Shown: one piece after another, positions 10,628 through 25,600 of the stretch | How positions within the stretch are numbered: the stretch's first letter is position 1 | How the letters are laid out: each line of letters begins with the position of its first letter | Assembly (NCBI GenBank): GCA_030390025.1 | Contig: CM059431.1 | Coordinates: 100,008,001-100,072,000 of the forward strand | DNA from: Squalus acanthias | Lineage: Eukaryota | Direction of reading: 5' to 3' | DNA: 64,000 bases | Made by a program: the position numbers and the translations under genes | Notes under the pieces: model-generated | Seen by the model: the letters and a program-made list of their open reading frames with translations, nothing else | The model's database searches: none | Told to the model about the DNA's origin: nothing

Positions 10628-13600
10628 CACTGCAGTCTGGTCCACACTATCCCCTTTATCCGCTGCGGTCTGGTCCACACTGTCCCCTTTATCCACTGCT
10701 GTCTGGTCCACACTGTCCCCTTTATCCACTGCTGTCTGGTCCACACTATCCCCTTTATCCACTGCTGTCTAGTCCACACTATCCCCTTTATTCACTGTTG
10801 TCTGGTCCACACTATCCCCTTTATCCACTGTTGTCTGGTCCACAATATCCCCTTTATCCACTGTTGTCTGGTCCACACTATCCCCTTTATTCACTGTTGT
10901 CTGGTCCACACTATCCCCTTTATCCACTGCGGTCTGGTCCACACTATCCCCTTTATCCACTGCAGTCTGGTCCACACTGTCCCCTTTATCCACTGCTGTC
11001 TGGTCCACACTGCCCCCTTTATCCACTGTTGTCTGGTCCACACTATCCCCTTTATCCACTGTTGTCTGGTCCACACTGCCCCCTTTATCCACTGTTGTCT
11101 GGTCCACACTATCCCCTTTATCCACTGTTGTCTGGTCCACACTGTCCCCTTTATCCACTGCGGTCTGGTCCACACTATCCCCTTTATCCACTGCGGTCTT
11201 GTCCACACTGTCCCCTTTATCCACTGTTGTCTGGTCCACACTATCCCCTTTATTCACTGCTGTCTGGTCCACACTGTCCCCTTTATCCACTGTTTTCTGG
11301 TCCACACTATACCCTTTATCCACTGCTGTCTGGTCCACACTATCCCCTTTATTCACTGTTGTCTGGTCCACACTATCCCCTTTATCCACTGTTGTCTGGT
11401 CCACACTATCCCCTTTATTCACTGTTGTCTGGTCCACACTGTCCCCTTTATCCACTGCGGTCTGGTCCACACTATCCCCTTTATTCACTGTTGTCTGGTC
11501 CACACTGTCCCCTTTATCCACTGCGGTCTGGTCCACACTATCCCTTTTATCCACAGTTGTCTGGTCCACACTATCCCCTTTATCCACTGTTGTCTGGTCC
11601 ACACTATCCCCTTTATTCACTGTTGTCTGGTCCACACTGTCCCCTTTATCCACTGCGGTCTGGTCCACACTATCCCCTTTATTCACTGTTGTCTGGTCCA
11701 CACTGTCCCCTTTATCCACTGCGGTCTGGTCCACACTATCCCCTTTATCCACTGTTGTCTGGTCCACACTATCCCCTTTATTCACTGTTGTCTGGTCCAC
11801 ACTGTCCCCTTTATCCACTGCGGTCTGGTCCGCACTGTCCCCTTTATCCACTGCGGTCTGGTCCACACTGTCCCCTTTATCCACTGCTGTCTGGTCCACA
11901 CTATCCCCTTTATCCACTGTTGTCTGGTTCACACTATCCCCTTTATCCACTGTTGTCTGGTCCACACTGTCCCCTTTATTCACTGTTGTCTGGTCCACAA
12001 TATCCCCTTTATCCACTGCGGTCTGGTCCACACTGTCCCCTTTATTCACTGTTGTCTGGTCCACACTGTCCCCTTTATCCACTGCTGTCTGGTCCACACT
12101 ATCCCCTTTATCCACTGCAGTCTGGTCCACACTGTCCCCTTTATCCACTGCTGTCTGGTCCACACTGCCCCCTTTATCCACTGTTGTCTGGTCCACACTA
12201 TCCCCTTTATCCACTGTTGTCTGGTCCACACTGTCCCCTTTATTCACTGCGGTCTGGTCCACACTATCCCCTTTATTCACTGTTGTCTGGTCCACACTAG
12301 CCCCTTTATCCACTGTTGTCTGGTCCACACTTCCCCTTTATCCACTGTTGTCTGGTCCACACTATCCCCTTTATCCACTGCGGTCTGGTCCACACTGTCC
12401 CCTTTATCCACTGTTGTCTGGTCCACACTATCACCTTTATTCACTGTGGTCTGGTCCACACTGTCCACTTTATCCACTGCTGTCTGGTCCACACTGTCCC
12501 CTTTATTCACTGTTGTCTGGTACACACTATCCCCTTTATCCACTGCTGTCTGGTCCACACTATCCCCTTTATCCACTGCTGTCTGGTCCACACTATCCCG
12601 TTTATCCACTGCAGTCTGGTCCACACTGTCCCCTTTATCCACTGTTATCTGGTCCACACTATCCCCTTTATCCACTGCGGTCTGGTCCACACTGTCCCCT
12701 TTATCCACTGTTGTCTGGTCCACACTATCCCCTTTATTCACTGCAGTCTGGTCCACACTGTCCCCTTTATCCACTGTTCTCTGGTCCACACTATACCCTT
12801 TATCCACTGCTGTCTGGTCCACACTATCCCCTTTATCCACTGTTGTCTGGTCCACACTATCCCCTTTATCCACTGTTGTCTGGTCCACGCTATCCCCTTT
12901 ATTCACTGTTGTCTGGTCCACACTATCCCCTTTATCCACTGTTGTCTGGTCCACACTATCCCTTTTATCCACTGTTGTCTGGTCCACACTATCCCCTTTA
13001 TCCACTGTTGTCTGGTCCACACTATCCCCTTTATCCACTGCGGTCTGATCCACACTGTCCCCTTTATTCACTGTTGTCTGGTCCACACTATCCCCTTTAT
13101 CCACTGCTGTCTGGTCCACACTATCCCCTTTATCCACTGCTGTCTGGTCCACACTGTCCCCTTTATCCGCTGCGGTCTGGTCCACACTGTCCCCTTTATC
13201 CACTGCTGTCTGGTCCACACTGTCCCCTTTATCCACTGCTGTCTGGTCCACACTATCCCCTTTATCCACTGCTGTCTAGTCCACACTATCCCCTTTATTC
13301 ACTGTTGTCTGGTCCACACTATCCCCTTTATCCACTGTTGTCTGGTCCACAATATCCCCTTTATCCACTGTTGTCTGGTCCACACTATCCCCTTTATTCA
13401 CTGTTGTCTGGTCCACACTATCCCCTTTATCCACTGCGGTCTGGTCCACACTATCCCCTTTATCCACTGCAGTCTGGTCCACACTGTCCCCTTTATCCAC
13501 TGCTGTCTGGTCCACACTGCCCCTTTATCCACTGTTGTCTGGTCCACACTATCCCCTTTATCCACTGTTGTCTGGTCCACACTGCCCCCTTTATCCACTG

Positions 13601-16600
13601 TTGTCTGGTCCACACTATCCCCTTTATCCACTGTTGTCTGGTCCACACTGTCCCCTTTATCCACTGCGGTCTGGTCCACACTATCCCCTTTATCCACTGC
13701 GGTCTTGTCCACACTGTCCCCTTTATCCACTGTTGTCTGGTCCACACTATCCCCTTTATTCACTGCTGTCTGGTCCACACTGTCCCCTTTATCCACTGTT
13801 TTCTGGTCCACACTATACCCTTTATCCACTGCTGTCTGGTCCACACTATCCCCTTTATTCACTGTTGTCTGGTCCACACTATCCCCTTTATCCACTGTTG
13901 TCTGGTCCACACTATCCCCTTTATTCACTGTTGTCTGGTCCACACTGTCCCCTTTATCCACTGCGGTCTGGTCCACACTATCCCCTTTATTCACTGTTGT
14001 CTGGTCCACACTGTCCCCTTTATCCACTGCGGTCTGGTCCACACTATCCCTTTTATCCACTGTTGTCTGGTCCACACTATCCCCTTTATCCACTGTTGTC
14101 TGGTCCACACTATCCCCTTTATTCACTGTTGTCTGGTCCACACTGTCCCCTTTATCCACTGCGGTCTGGTCCACACTATCCCCTTTATTCACTGTTGTCT
14201 GGTCCACACTGTCCCCTTTATCCACTGCGGTCTGGTCCACACTATCCCCTTTATCCACTGTTGTCTGGTCCACACTATCCCCTTTATTCACTGTTGTCTG
14301 GTCCACACTGTCCCCTTTATCCACTGCGGTCTGGTCCGCACTGTCCCCTTTATCCACTGCGGTCTGGTCCACACTGTCCCCTTTATCCACTGCTGTCTGG
14401 TCCACACTATCCCCTTTATCCACTGTTGTCTGGTTCACACTATCCCCTTTATCCACTGTTGTCTGGTCCACACTGTCCCCTTTATTCACTGTTGTCTGGT
14501 CCACAATATCCCCTTTATCCACTGCGGTCTGGTCCACACTGTCCCCTTTATTCACTGTTGTCTGGTCCACACTGTCCCCTTTATCCACTGCTGTCTGGTC
14601 CACACTATCCCCTTTATCCACTGCAGTCTGGTCCACACTGTCCCCTTTATCCACTGCTGTCTGGTCCACACTGCCCCCTTTATCCACTGTTGTCTGGTCC
14701 ACACTATCCCCTTTATCCACTGTTGTCTGGTCCACACTGTCCCCTTTATTCACTGCGGTCTGGTCCACACTATCCCCTTTATTCACTGTTGTCTGGTCCA
14801 CACTAGCCCCTTTATCCACTGTTGTCTGGTCCACACTTCCCCTTTATCCACTGTTGTCTGGTCCACACTATCCCCTTTATCCACTGCGGTCTGGTCCACA
14901 CTGTCCCCTTTATCCACTGTTGTCTGGTCCACACTATCACCTTTATTCACTGTGGTCTGGTCCACACTGTCCACTTTATCCACTGCTGTCTGGTCCACAC
15001 TGTCCCCTTTATTCACTGTTGTCTGGTACACACTATCCCCTTTATCCACTGCTGTCTGGTCCACACTATCCCCTTTATCCACTGCTGTCTGGTCCACACT
15101 ATCCCGTTTATCCACTGCAGTCTGGTCCACACTGTCCCCTTTATCCACTGTTATCTGGTCCACACTATCCCCTTTATCCACTGCGGTCTGGTCCACACTG
15201 TCCCCTTTATCCACTGTTGTCTGGTCCACACTATCCCCTTTATTCACTGCAGTCTGGTCCACACTGTCCCCTTTATCCACTGTTCTCTGGTCCACACTAT
15301 ACCCTTTATCCACTGCTGTCTGGTCCACACTATCCCCTTTATCCACTGTTGTCTGGTCCACACTATCCCCTTTATCCACTGTTGTCTGGTCCACGCTATC
15401 CCCTTTATTCACTGTTGTCTGGTCCACACTATCCCCTTTATCCACTGTTGTCTGGTCCACACTATCCCTTTTATCCACTGTTGTCTGGTCCACACTATCC
15501 CCTTTATCCACTGTTGTCTGGTCCACACTATCCCCTTTATCCACTGCGGTCTGATCCACACTGTCCCCTTTATTCACTGTTGTCTGGTCCACACTATCCC
15601 CTTTATCCACTGCTGTCTGGTCCCCACTATCCCCTTTATCCACTGCTGTCTGGTCCACACTGTCCCCTTTATTCACTGTTGTCTGGTCCACACTATCCCC
15701 TTTATCCACTGCGGTCTGGTCCACACTGTCCCCTTTATCCACTGTTGTCTGGTCCACACTATCCCCTTTATCCACTGTTGTCTGGTCCACACTATCCCCT
15801 TTATCCACTGTTGTCTGGTCCACACTATCCCCTTTATTCACTGTTGTCTGGTCCACACTGTCCCCTTTATCCACTGCTGTCTGGTCCACATTGTCCCCTT
15901 TATCCACTGCTGTCTGGTCCACACTGTCCCCTTTATCCACTGTTGTCTGGTCCACACTATCCCCTTTATCCACTGTTGTCTGGTCCACACTGTCCCCTTT
16001 ATCCACTGTTGTCTGGTCCACACTGTCCCCTTTATCCACTGTTGTCTGGCCTACACTGTCCCGTTTATCCACTGTTGTCTGGTCCACACTATCCCCTTTA
16101 TCCACTGCTGTCTGGTCCACACTATCCCCTTTATCCACTGTTGTCTGGTCCACACTATCCCCTTTATCCACTGTTGTCTGGTCCACACTGTCCCCTTTAT
16201 CCACTGTTGTCTGGTCCACACTATCCCCTTTATTCACTGTTGTCTGGTCCACACTATCCCCTTTATCCACTGTTGTCTGGTCCACACTAATTCCTTTATC
16301 CACTGCTGTCTGGTCCACACTATCCCCTTTATCCACTGTTGTCTGTTCCACACTATCCCCTTTATCCACTGCAGTCTGGTCCACACTGTCCCCTTTATCC
16401 ACTGTTGTCTGGTCCACACAATCCCCTTTATTCACTGCGGTCTGGTCCACACTATCCCCTTTATTCACTGTTGTCTGGTCCACACTATCCCCTTTATCCA
16501 CTGTTGTCTGGTCCACACTATCCCCTTTATCCACTGCTGTCTGGTCCACACTATCCACTTTATCCACTGCGGTCTGGTCCACACTGTCCCCTTTATTCAC

Positions 16601-19600
16601 TGTTGTCTGGTCCACACTATCCCCTTTATCCACTGTTGTCTGGTCCACACTGTCCCCTTTATCCACTGTGGTCTGGTCCACACTGTCCCCTTTATCCACT
16701 GGTGTCTGGTCCACACTATCCCCTTTATCCACTGTTGTCTGGTCCACACTATCCCCTTTATTCACTGTTGTCTGGTCCACACTGTCCCCTTTATCCACTG
16801 CGGTCTGGTCCACACTGTCCCCTTTATCCACTGCGGTCTGGTCCACACTGTCCCCTTTATCCACTGCTGTCTGGTCCACACTATCCCCTTTATCCACTGT
16901 TGTCTGGTTCACACTATCCCCTTTATCCACTGTTGTCTGGTCCACACTGTCCCCTTTATTCACTGTTGTCTGGTCCACAATATCCCCTTAATCCACTGCG
17001 GTCTGGTCCACACTGTCCCCTTTATTCACTGTTGTCTGGTCCACACTGTCCCCTTTATCCACTGCTGTCTGGTCCACACTATCCCCTTTATCCACTGCAG
17101 TCTGGTCCACACTGTCCCCTTTATCCACTGCTGTCTGGTCCACACTGCCCCCTTTATCCACTGTTGTCTGGTCCACACTATCCCCTTTATCCACTGTTGT
17201 CTGGTCCACACTGTCCCCTTTATTCACTGCGGTCTGGTCCACACTATCCCCTTTATTGACTGTTGTCTGGTCCACACTAGCCCCTTTATCCACTGTTGTC
17301 TGGTCCACACTTCCCCTTTATCCACTGTTGTCTGGTCCACACTATCCCCTTTATCCACTGCGGTCTGGTCCACACTGTCCCCTTTATCCACTGTTGTCTG
17401 GTCCACACTATCACCTTTATTCACTGTGGTCTGGTCCACACTGTCCACTTTATCCACTGCTGTCTGGTCCACACTGTCCCCTTTATTCACTGTTGTCTGG
17501 TACACACTATCCCCTTTATCCACTGCTGTCTGGTCCACACTAGCCCCTTTATCCACTGCTGTCTGGTCCACACTATCCCCTTTATCCACTGCAGTCTGGT
17601 CCACACTGTCCCCTTTATCCACTGTTATCTGGTCCACACTATCCCCTTTATCCACTGCGGTCTGGTCCACACTGTCCCCTTTATCCACTGTTGTCTGGTC
17701 CACACTATCCCCTTTATTCACTGCAGTCTGGTCCACACTGTCCCCTTTATCCTCTGTTCTCTGGTCCACACTATACCCTTTATCCACTGCTGTCTGGTCC
17801 ACACTATCCCCTTTATCCACTGTTGTCTGGTCCACACTATCCCCTTTATCCACTGTTGTCTGGTCCACGCTATCCCCTTTATTCACTGTTGTCTGGTCCA
17901 CACTATCCCCTTTATCCACTGTTGTCTGGTCCACACTATCCCTTTTATCCACTGTTGTCTGGTCCACACTATCCCCTTTATCCACTGTTGTCTGGTCCAC
18001 ACTATCCCCTTTATCCACTGCGGTCTGATCCACACTGTCCCCTTTATTTACTCTTGTCTGGTCCACACTATCCGCTTTATCCACTGCTGTCTGGTCCACA
18101 CTATCCCCTTTATCCACTGCTGTCGGGTCCACACTGTCCCCTTTATTCACTGTTGTCTGGTCCACACTGTCCCCTTTGTCCACTGTTGTCTGGTCCACAC
18201 TATCCCCTTTATCCACTGCGGTCTGGTCCACACTGTCCCCTTTATCCACTGTTGTCTGGTCCACACTATCCCCTTTATCCACTGTTGTCTGGTCCACACT
18301 ATCCCCTTTATCCACTGTTGTCTGGTCCACACTATCCCCTTTATTCATTGTTGTCTGGTCCACACTGTCCCCTTTATCCACTGCTGTCTGGTCCACATTG
18401 TCCCCTTTATCCACTGCTGTCTGGTCCACACTGTCCCCTTTATCCACTGTTGTCTGGTCCACACTATCCCCTTTATCCACTGTTGTCTGGTCCACACTGT
18501 CCCCTTTATCCACTGTTGTCTGGTCCACACTATCCCCTTTATCCACTGTTGTCTGGCCTACACTGTCCCGTTTATCCACTGTTGTCTGGTCCACACTATC
18601 CCCTTTATCCACTGCTGTCTGGTCCACACTATCCCCTTTATCCACTGTTGTCTGGTCCACACTATCCCCTTTATCCACTGTTGTCTGGTCCACACTGTCC
18701 CCTTTATCCACTGTTGTCTGGTCCACACTATCCCCTTTATTCACTGTTGTCTGGTCCACACTATCCCCTTTATCCACTGTTGTCTGGTCCACACTAATTC
18801 CTTTATCCACTGCTGTCTGGTCCACACTATCCCCTTTATCCACTGTTGTCTGTTCCACACTATCCCCTTTATCCACTGCAGTCTGGTCCACACTGTCCCC
18901 TTTATCCACTGTTGTCTGGTCCACACTATCCCCTTTATTCACTGCGGTCTGGTCCACACTATCCCCTTTATTCACTGTTGTCTGGTCCACACTATCCCCT
19001 TTATCCACTGTTGTCTTGTCCACACTATCCCCTTTATCCACTGCTGTCTGGTCCACACTATCCCCTTTATCCACTGCGGTCTGGTCCACACTGTCCCCTT
19101 TATTCACTGTTGTCTGGTCCACACTATCCCCTTTATCCACTGTTGTCTGGTCCACACTGTCCCCTTTATCCACTGTGGTCTGGTCCACACTGTCCCCTTT
19201 ATCCACTGGTGTCTGGTCCACACTATCCCCTTTATCCACTGTTGTCTGGTCCACACTATCCCCTTTATCCACTGTTGTCTGGTCCACACTATCCCCTTTA
19301 TCCACTGTTGTCTGGTCCACACTATCCCCTTTATCCACTGTTGTCTGGTCCACACTATCCCCTTTATTCACTGTTGTCTGGTCCACACTGTCCCCTTTAT
19401 CCACTGATGTCTGGTCCACATTGTCCCCTTTATCCGCTGCTGTCTGGTCCACACTGTCCCCTTTATCCACTGTTGTCTGGTCCACACTATCCCCTTTATC
19501 CACTGTTGTCTGGTCCACACTATCCCCTTTATCCACTGTTGTCTGATCCACACTGTCCCCTTTATCCACTGTTGTCTGGTCCACACTGTCCCCTTTATCC

Positions 19601-22600
19601 ACTGCTGTCTGGTCCACATTGTCCCCTTTATCCACTGCTGTCTGGTCCACACTATCCCCTTTATCCACTGTTGTCTGGTCCACACTATCCCCTTTATCCA
19701 CTGTTGTCTGGTCCACACTGTCCCCTTTATCCACTGTTGTCTGGTCCACACTATCCCCTTTATTCACTGTTGTCTGGTCCACACTATCCCCTTTATCCAC
19801 TGTTGTCTGGTCCACACTAAATCCTTTATCCACTGCTGTCTGGTCCACACTATCCCCTTTATCCACTGTTGTCTGTTCCATACTATCCCCTTTATCCACT
19901 GCAGTCTGGTCCACACTGTCCCCTTTATCCACTGTTGTCTGGTCCACACTATCCCCTTTATTCACTGCGGTCTGGTTCACACTATCCCCTTTATCCACTG
20001 CGGTCTGGTCCACACTGTCCCCTTTATTCACTGTTGTCTGGTCCACACTATCCCCTTTATCCACTGTTGTCTGGTCCACACAATCCCCTTTATTCACTGC
20101 TGTCTGGTCCACACTATCCCCTTTATCCACTGTTGTCTGGTCCACACTATCCCCTTTATCCACTGTTGTCTGGTCCACACTGTCCCCTTTATCCACTGTT
20201 GTCTGGTCCACACTATCCCCTTTATTCACTGTTGTCTGGTCCACACTATCCCCTTTATTCACTGTTGTCTGGTCCACACTATCCCCTTTATCCACTGCTG
20301 TCTGGTCCACACTATCTCCTTTATTCACTGTTGTCTGGTCCACACTATCCCCTTTATCCACTGTTGTCTGGTCCACACTATCCCCTTTATCCACTGCTGT
20401 CTGGTCCACACTATCCCCTTTATCCACTGCGGTCTGGTCCACACTGTCCCCTTTATTCACTGTTGTCTGGTCCACACTATCCCCTTTATCCACTGTTGTC
20501 TGGTCCACACTGTCCCCTTTATCCACTGTGGTCTGGTCCACACTGTCCCCTTTATCCACTGGTGTCTGGTCCACACTATCCTCTTTATCCACTGTTGTCT
20601 GGTCCACACTATCCCCTTTATCCACTGTTGTCTGGTCCACACTATCCCCTTTATCCACTGTTGTCTGGTCCACACTATCCCCTTTATCCACTGTTGTCTG
20701 GTCCACACTATCCCCTTTATTCATTGTTGTCTGGTCCACACTGTCCCCTTAATCCACTGCTGTCTGGTCCACATTGTCCCCTTTATCCGCTGCTGTCTGG
20801 TCCACACTGTCCCCTTTATCCACTGTTGTCTGGTCCACACTATCCCCTTTATCCACTGTTGTCTGGTCCACACTATCCCCTTTATCCACTGTTGTCTGAT
20901 CCACACTGTCCCCTTTATCCACTGTTGTCTGGTCCACACTGTCCCCTTTATCCACTGCTGTCTGGTCCACATTGTCCCCTTTATCCACTGCTGTCTGGTC
21001 CACACTATCCCCTTTATCCACTGTTGTCTGGTCCACACTATCCCCTTTATTCACTGCAGTCTGGTCCACACTGTCCCCTTTATCCACTGTTCTCTGGTCC
21101 ACACTTTACCCTTTATCCACTGCTGTCTGGTCCACACTATCCCCTTTATCCACTGTTGTCTGGTCCACACTATCCCCTTTATCCACTGTTGTCTGGTCCA
21201 CACTGTCCCCTTTATCCACTGTTGTCTGGTCCACACTATCCCCTTTATCCACTGCTGTCGGGTCCACACTGTCCCCTTTATTCACTGTTGTCTGGTCCAC
21301 ACTGTCCCCTTTGTCCACTGTTGTCTGGTCCACACTATCCCCTTTATCCACTGCGGTCTGGTCCACACTGTCCCCTTTATCCACTGTTGTCTGGTCCACA
21401 CTATCCCCTTTATCCACTGTTGTCTGGTCCACACTATCCCCTTTATCCACTGTTGTCTGGTCCACACTATCCCCTTTGTTCACTGTTGTCTGGTCCACAC
21501 TGTCCCCTTTATCCACTGCTGTCTGGTCCACATCGTCCCCTTTATCCACTGCTGTCTGGTCCACACTGTCCCCTTTATCCACTGTTGTCTGGTCCACACT
21601 ATCCCCTTTATCCACTGTTGTCTGGTCCACACTGTCCCCTTTATCCACTGTTGTCTGGTCCACACTGTCCCCTTTATCCACTGTTGTCTGGCCTACACTG
21701 TCCCGTTTATCCACTGTTGTCTGGTCCACACTATCCCCTTTATCCACTGCTGTCTGGTCCACACTATCCCCTTTATCCACTGTTGTCTGGTCCACACTAT
21801 CCCCTTTATCCACTGTTGTCTGGTCCACACTGTCCCCTTTATCCACTGTTGTCTGGTCCACACTATCCCCTTTATTCACTGTTGTCTGGTCCACAATATC
21901 CCCTTTATCCACTGTTGTCTGGTCCACACTAATTCCTTTATCCACTGCTGTCTGGTCCACACTATCCCCTTTATCCACTGTTGTCTGTTCCACACTATCC
22001 CCTTTATCCACTGCAGTCTGGTCCACACTGTCCCCTTTATCCACTGTTGTCTGGTCCACACTATCCCCTTTATTCACTGCGGTCTGGTCCACACTATCCC
22101 CTTTATTCACTGTTGTCTGGTCCACACTATCCCCTTTATCCACTGTTGTCTTGTCCACACTATCCCCTTTATCCACTGCTGTCTGGTCCACACTATCCCC
22201 TTTATCCACTGCGGTCTGGTCCACACTGTCCCCTTTATTCACTGTTGTCTGGTCCACACTATCCCCTTTATCCACTGTGGTCTGGTCCACACTGTCCCCT
22301 TTATCCACTGGTGTCTGGTCCACACTATCCCCTTTATCCACTGTTGTCTGGTCCACACTATCCCCTTTATCCACTGTTGTCTGGTCCACACTATCCCCTT
22401 TATCCACTGTTGTCTGGTCCACACTATCCCCTTTATCCACTGTTGTCTGGTCCACACTATCCCCTTTATTCACTGTTGTCTGGTCCACACTGTCCCCTTT
22501 ATCCACTGCTGTCTGGTCCACATTGTTCCCTTTATCCGCTGCTGTCTGGTCCACACTGTCCCCTTTATCCACTGTTGTCTGGTCCACACTATCCCCTTTA

Positions 22601-25600
22601 TCCACTGTTGTCTGGTCCACACTATCCCCTTTATCCACTGTTGTCTGATCCACACTGTCCCCTTTATCCACTGTTGTCTGGTCCACACTGTCCCCTTTAT
22701 CCACTGCTGTCTGGTCCACATTGTCCCCTTTATCCACTGCTGTCTGGTCCACACTATCCCCTTTATCCACTGTTGTCTGGTCCACACTATCCCCTTTATC
22801 CACTGTTGTCTGGTCCACACTGTCCCCTTTATCCACTGTTGTCTGGTCCACACTATCCCCTTTATTCACTGTTGTCTGGTCCACACTATCCCCTTTATCC
22901 ACTGTTGTCTGGTCCACACTAAATCCTTTATCCACTGCTGTCTGGTCCACACTATCCCCTTTATCCACTGTTGTCTGTTCCATACTATCCCCTTTATCCA
23001 CTGCAGTCTGGTCCACACTGTCCCCTTTATCCACTGTTGTCTGGTCCACACTATCCCCTTTATTCACTGCGGTCTGGTTCACACTATCCCCTTTATCCAC
23101 TGCGGTCTGGTCCACACTGTCCCCTTTATTCACTGTTGTCTGGTCCACACTATCCCCTTTATCCACTGTTGTCTGGTCCACACTATCCCCTTTATTCACT
23201 GCTGTCTGGTCCACACTGTCCCCTTTATCCACTGTTGTCTGGTCCACACTATCCCCTTTATCCACTGTTGTCTGGTCCACACTGTCCCCTTTATCCACTG
23301 TTGTCTGGTCCACACTATCCCCTTTATTCACTGTTGTCTGGTCCACACTATCCCCTTTATTCACTGTTGTCTGGTCCACACTATCCCCTTTATCCACTGC
23401 TGTCTGGTCCACACTATCTCCTTTATTCACTGTTGTCTGGTCCACACTATCCCCTTTATCCACTGTTGTCTGGTCCACACTATCCCCTTTATCCACTGCT
23501 GTCTGGTCCACACTATCCCCTTTATCCACTGCGGTCTGGTCCACACTGTCCCCTTTATTCACTGTTGTCTGGTCCACACTATCCCCTTTATCCACTGTTG
23601 TCTGGTCCACACTATCCCCTTTATTCACTGCTGTCTGGTCCACACTATCCCCTTTATCCACTGTTGTCTGGTCCACACTATCCCCTTTATCCACTGTTGT
23701 CTGGTCCACACTATCCCCTTTATTCACTGTTGTCTGGTCCACACTGTCCCCTTTATCCACTGCTGTCTGGTCCACATTGTCCCCTTTATCCGCTGCTGTC
23801 TGGTCCACACTGTCCCCTTTATCCACTGTTGTCTGGTCCACACTATCCCCTTTATCCACTGTTGTCTGGTCCACACTATCCCCTTTATCCACTGTTGTCT
23901 GATCCACACTGTCCCCTTTATCCACTGTTGTCTGGTCCACACTGTCCCCTTTATCCACTGCTGTCTGGTCCACATTGTCCCCTTTATCCACTGCTGTCTG
24001 GTCCACACTATCCCCTTTATCCACTGTTGTCTGGTCCACACTATCCCCTTTATCCACTGTTGTCTGGTCCACACTGTCCCCTTTATCCACTGTTGTCTGG
24101 TCCACACTATCCCCTATATTCACTGTTGTCTGGTCCACACTATCCCCTTTATCCACTGTTGTCTGGTCCACACTAAATCCTTTATCCACTGCTGTCTGGT
24201 CCACACTATCCCCTTTATCCACTGTTGTCTGTTCCATACTATCCCCTTTATCCACTGCAGTCTGGTCCACACTTTCCCCTTTAACCACTGTTGTCTGGTC
24301 CACACTATCCCCTTTATTCACTGCGGTCTGGTTCACACTATCCCCTTTATCCACTGCGGTCTGGTCCACACTGTCCCCTTTATTCACTGTTGTCTGGTCC
24401 ACACTATCCCCTTTATCCACTGTTGTCTGGTCCACACAATCCCCTTTATTCACTGCTGTCTGGTCCACACTATCCCCTTTATCCACTGTTGTCTGGTCCA
24501 CACTATCCCCTTTATCCACTGTTGTCTGGTCCACACTGTCCCCTTTATCCACTGTTGTCTGGTCCACACTATCCCCTTTATTCACTGTTGTCTGGTCCAC
24601 ACTATCCCCTTTATTCACTGTTGTCTGGTCCACACTATCCCCTTTATCCACTGCTGTCTGGTCCACACTATCTCCTTTATTCACTGTTGTCTGGTCCACA
24701 CTATCCCCTTTATCCACTGTTGTCTGGTCCACACCATCCCCTTTATCCACTGCTGTCTGGTCCACACTATCCCCTTTATCCACTGCGGTCTGGTCCACAC
24801 TGTCCCCTTTATTCACTGTTGTCTGGTCCACACTATCCCCTTTATCCACTGTTGTCTGGTCCACACTGTCCCCTTTATCCACTGTGGTCTGGTCCACACT
24901 GTCCCCTTTATCCACTGGTGTCTGGTCCACACTATCCTCTTTATCCACTGTTGTCTGGTCCACACTATCCCCTTTATCCACTGTTGTCTGGTCCACACTA
25001 TCCCCTTTATCCACTGTTGTCTGGTCCACACTATCCCCTTTATCCACTGTTGTCTGGTCCACACTATCCCCTTTATTCATTGTTGTCTGGTCCACACTGT
25101 CCCCTTAATCCACTGCTGTCTGGTCCACATTGTCCCCTTTATCCGCTGCTGTCTGGTCCACACTGTCCCCTTTATCCACTGTTGTCTGGTCCACACTATC
25201 CCCTTTATCCACTGTTGTCTGGTCCACACTATCCCCTTTATCCACTGTTGTCTGATCCACACTGTCCCCTTTATCCACTGTTGTCTGGTCCACACTGTCC
25301 CCTTTATCCACTGCTGTCTGGTCCACATTGTCCCCTTTATCCACTGCTGTCTGGTCCACACTATCCCCTTTATCCACTGTTGTCTGGTCCACACTATCCC
25401 CTTTATTCACTGCAGTCTGGTCCACACTGTCCCCTTTATCCACTGTTCTCTGGTCCACACTATACCCTTTATCCACTGCTGTCTGGTCCACACTATCCCC
25501 TTTATCCACTGTTGTCTGGTCCACACTATCCCCTTTATCCACTGTTGTCTGGTCCACACTGTCCCCTTTATCCACTGTTGTCTGGTCCACACTATCCCCT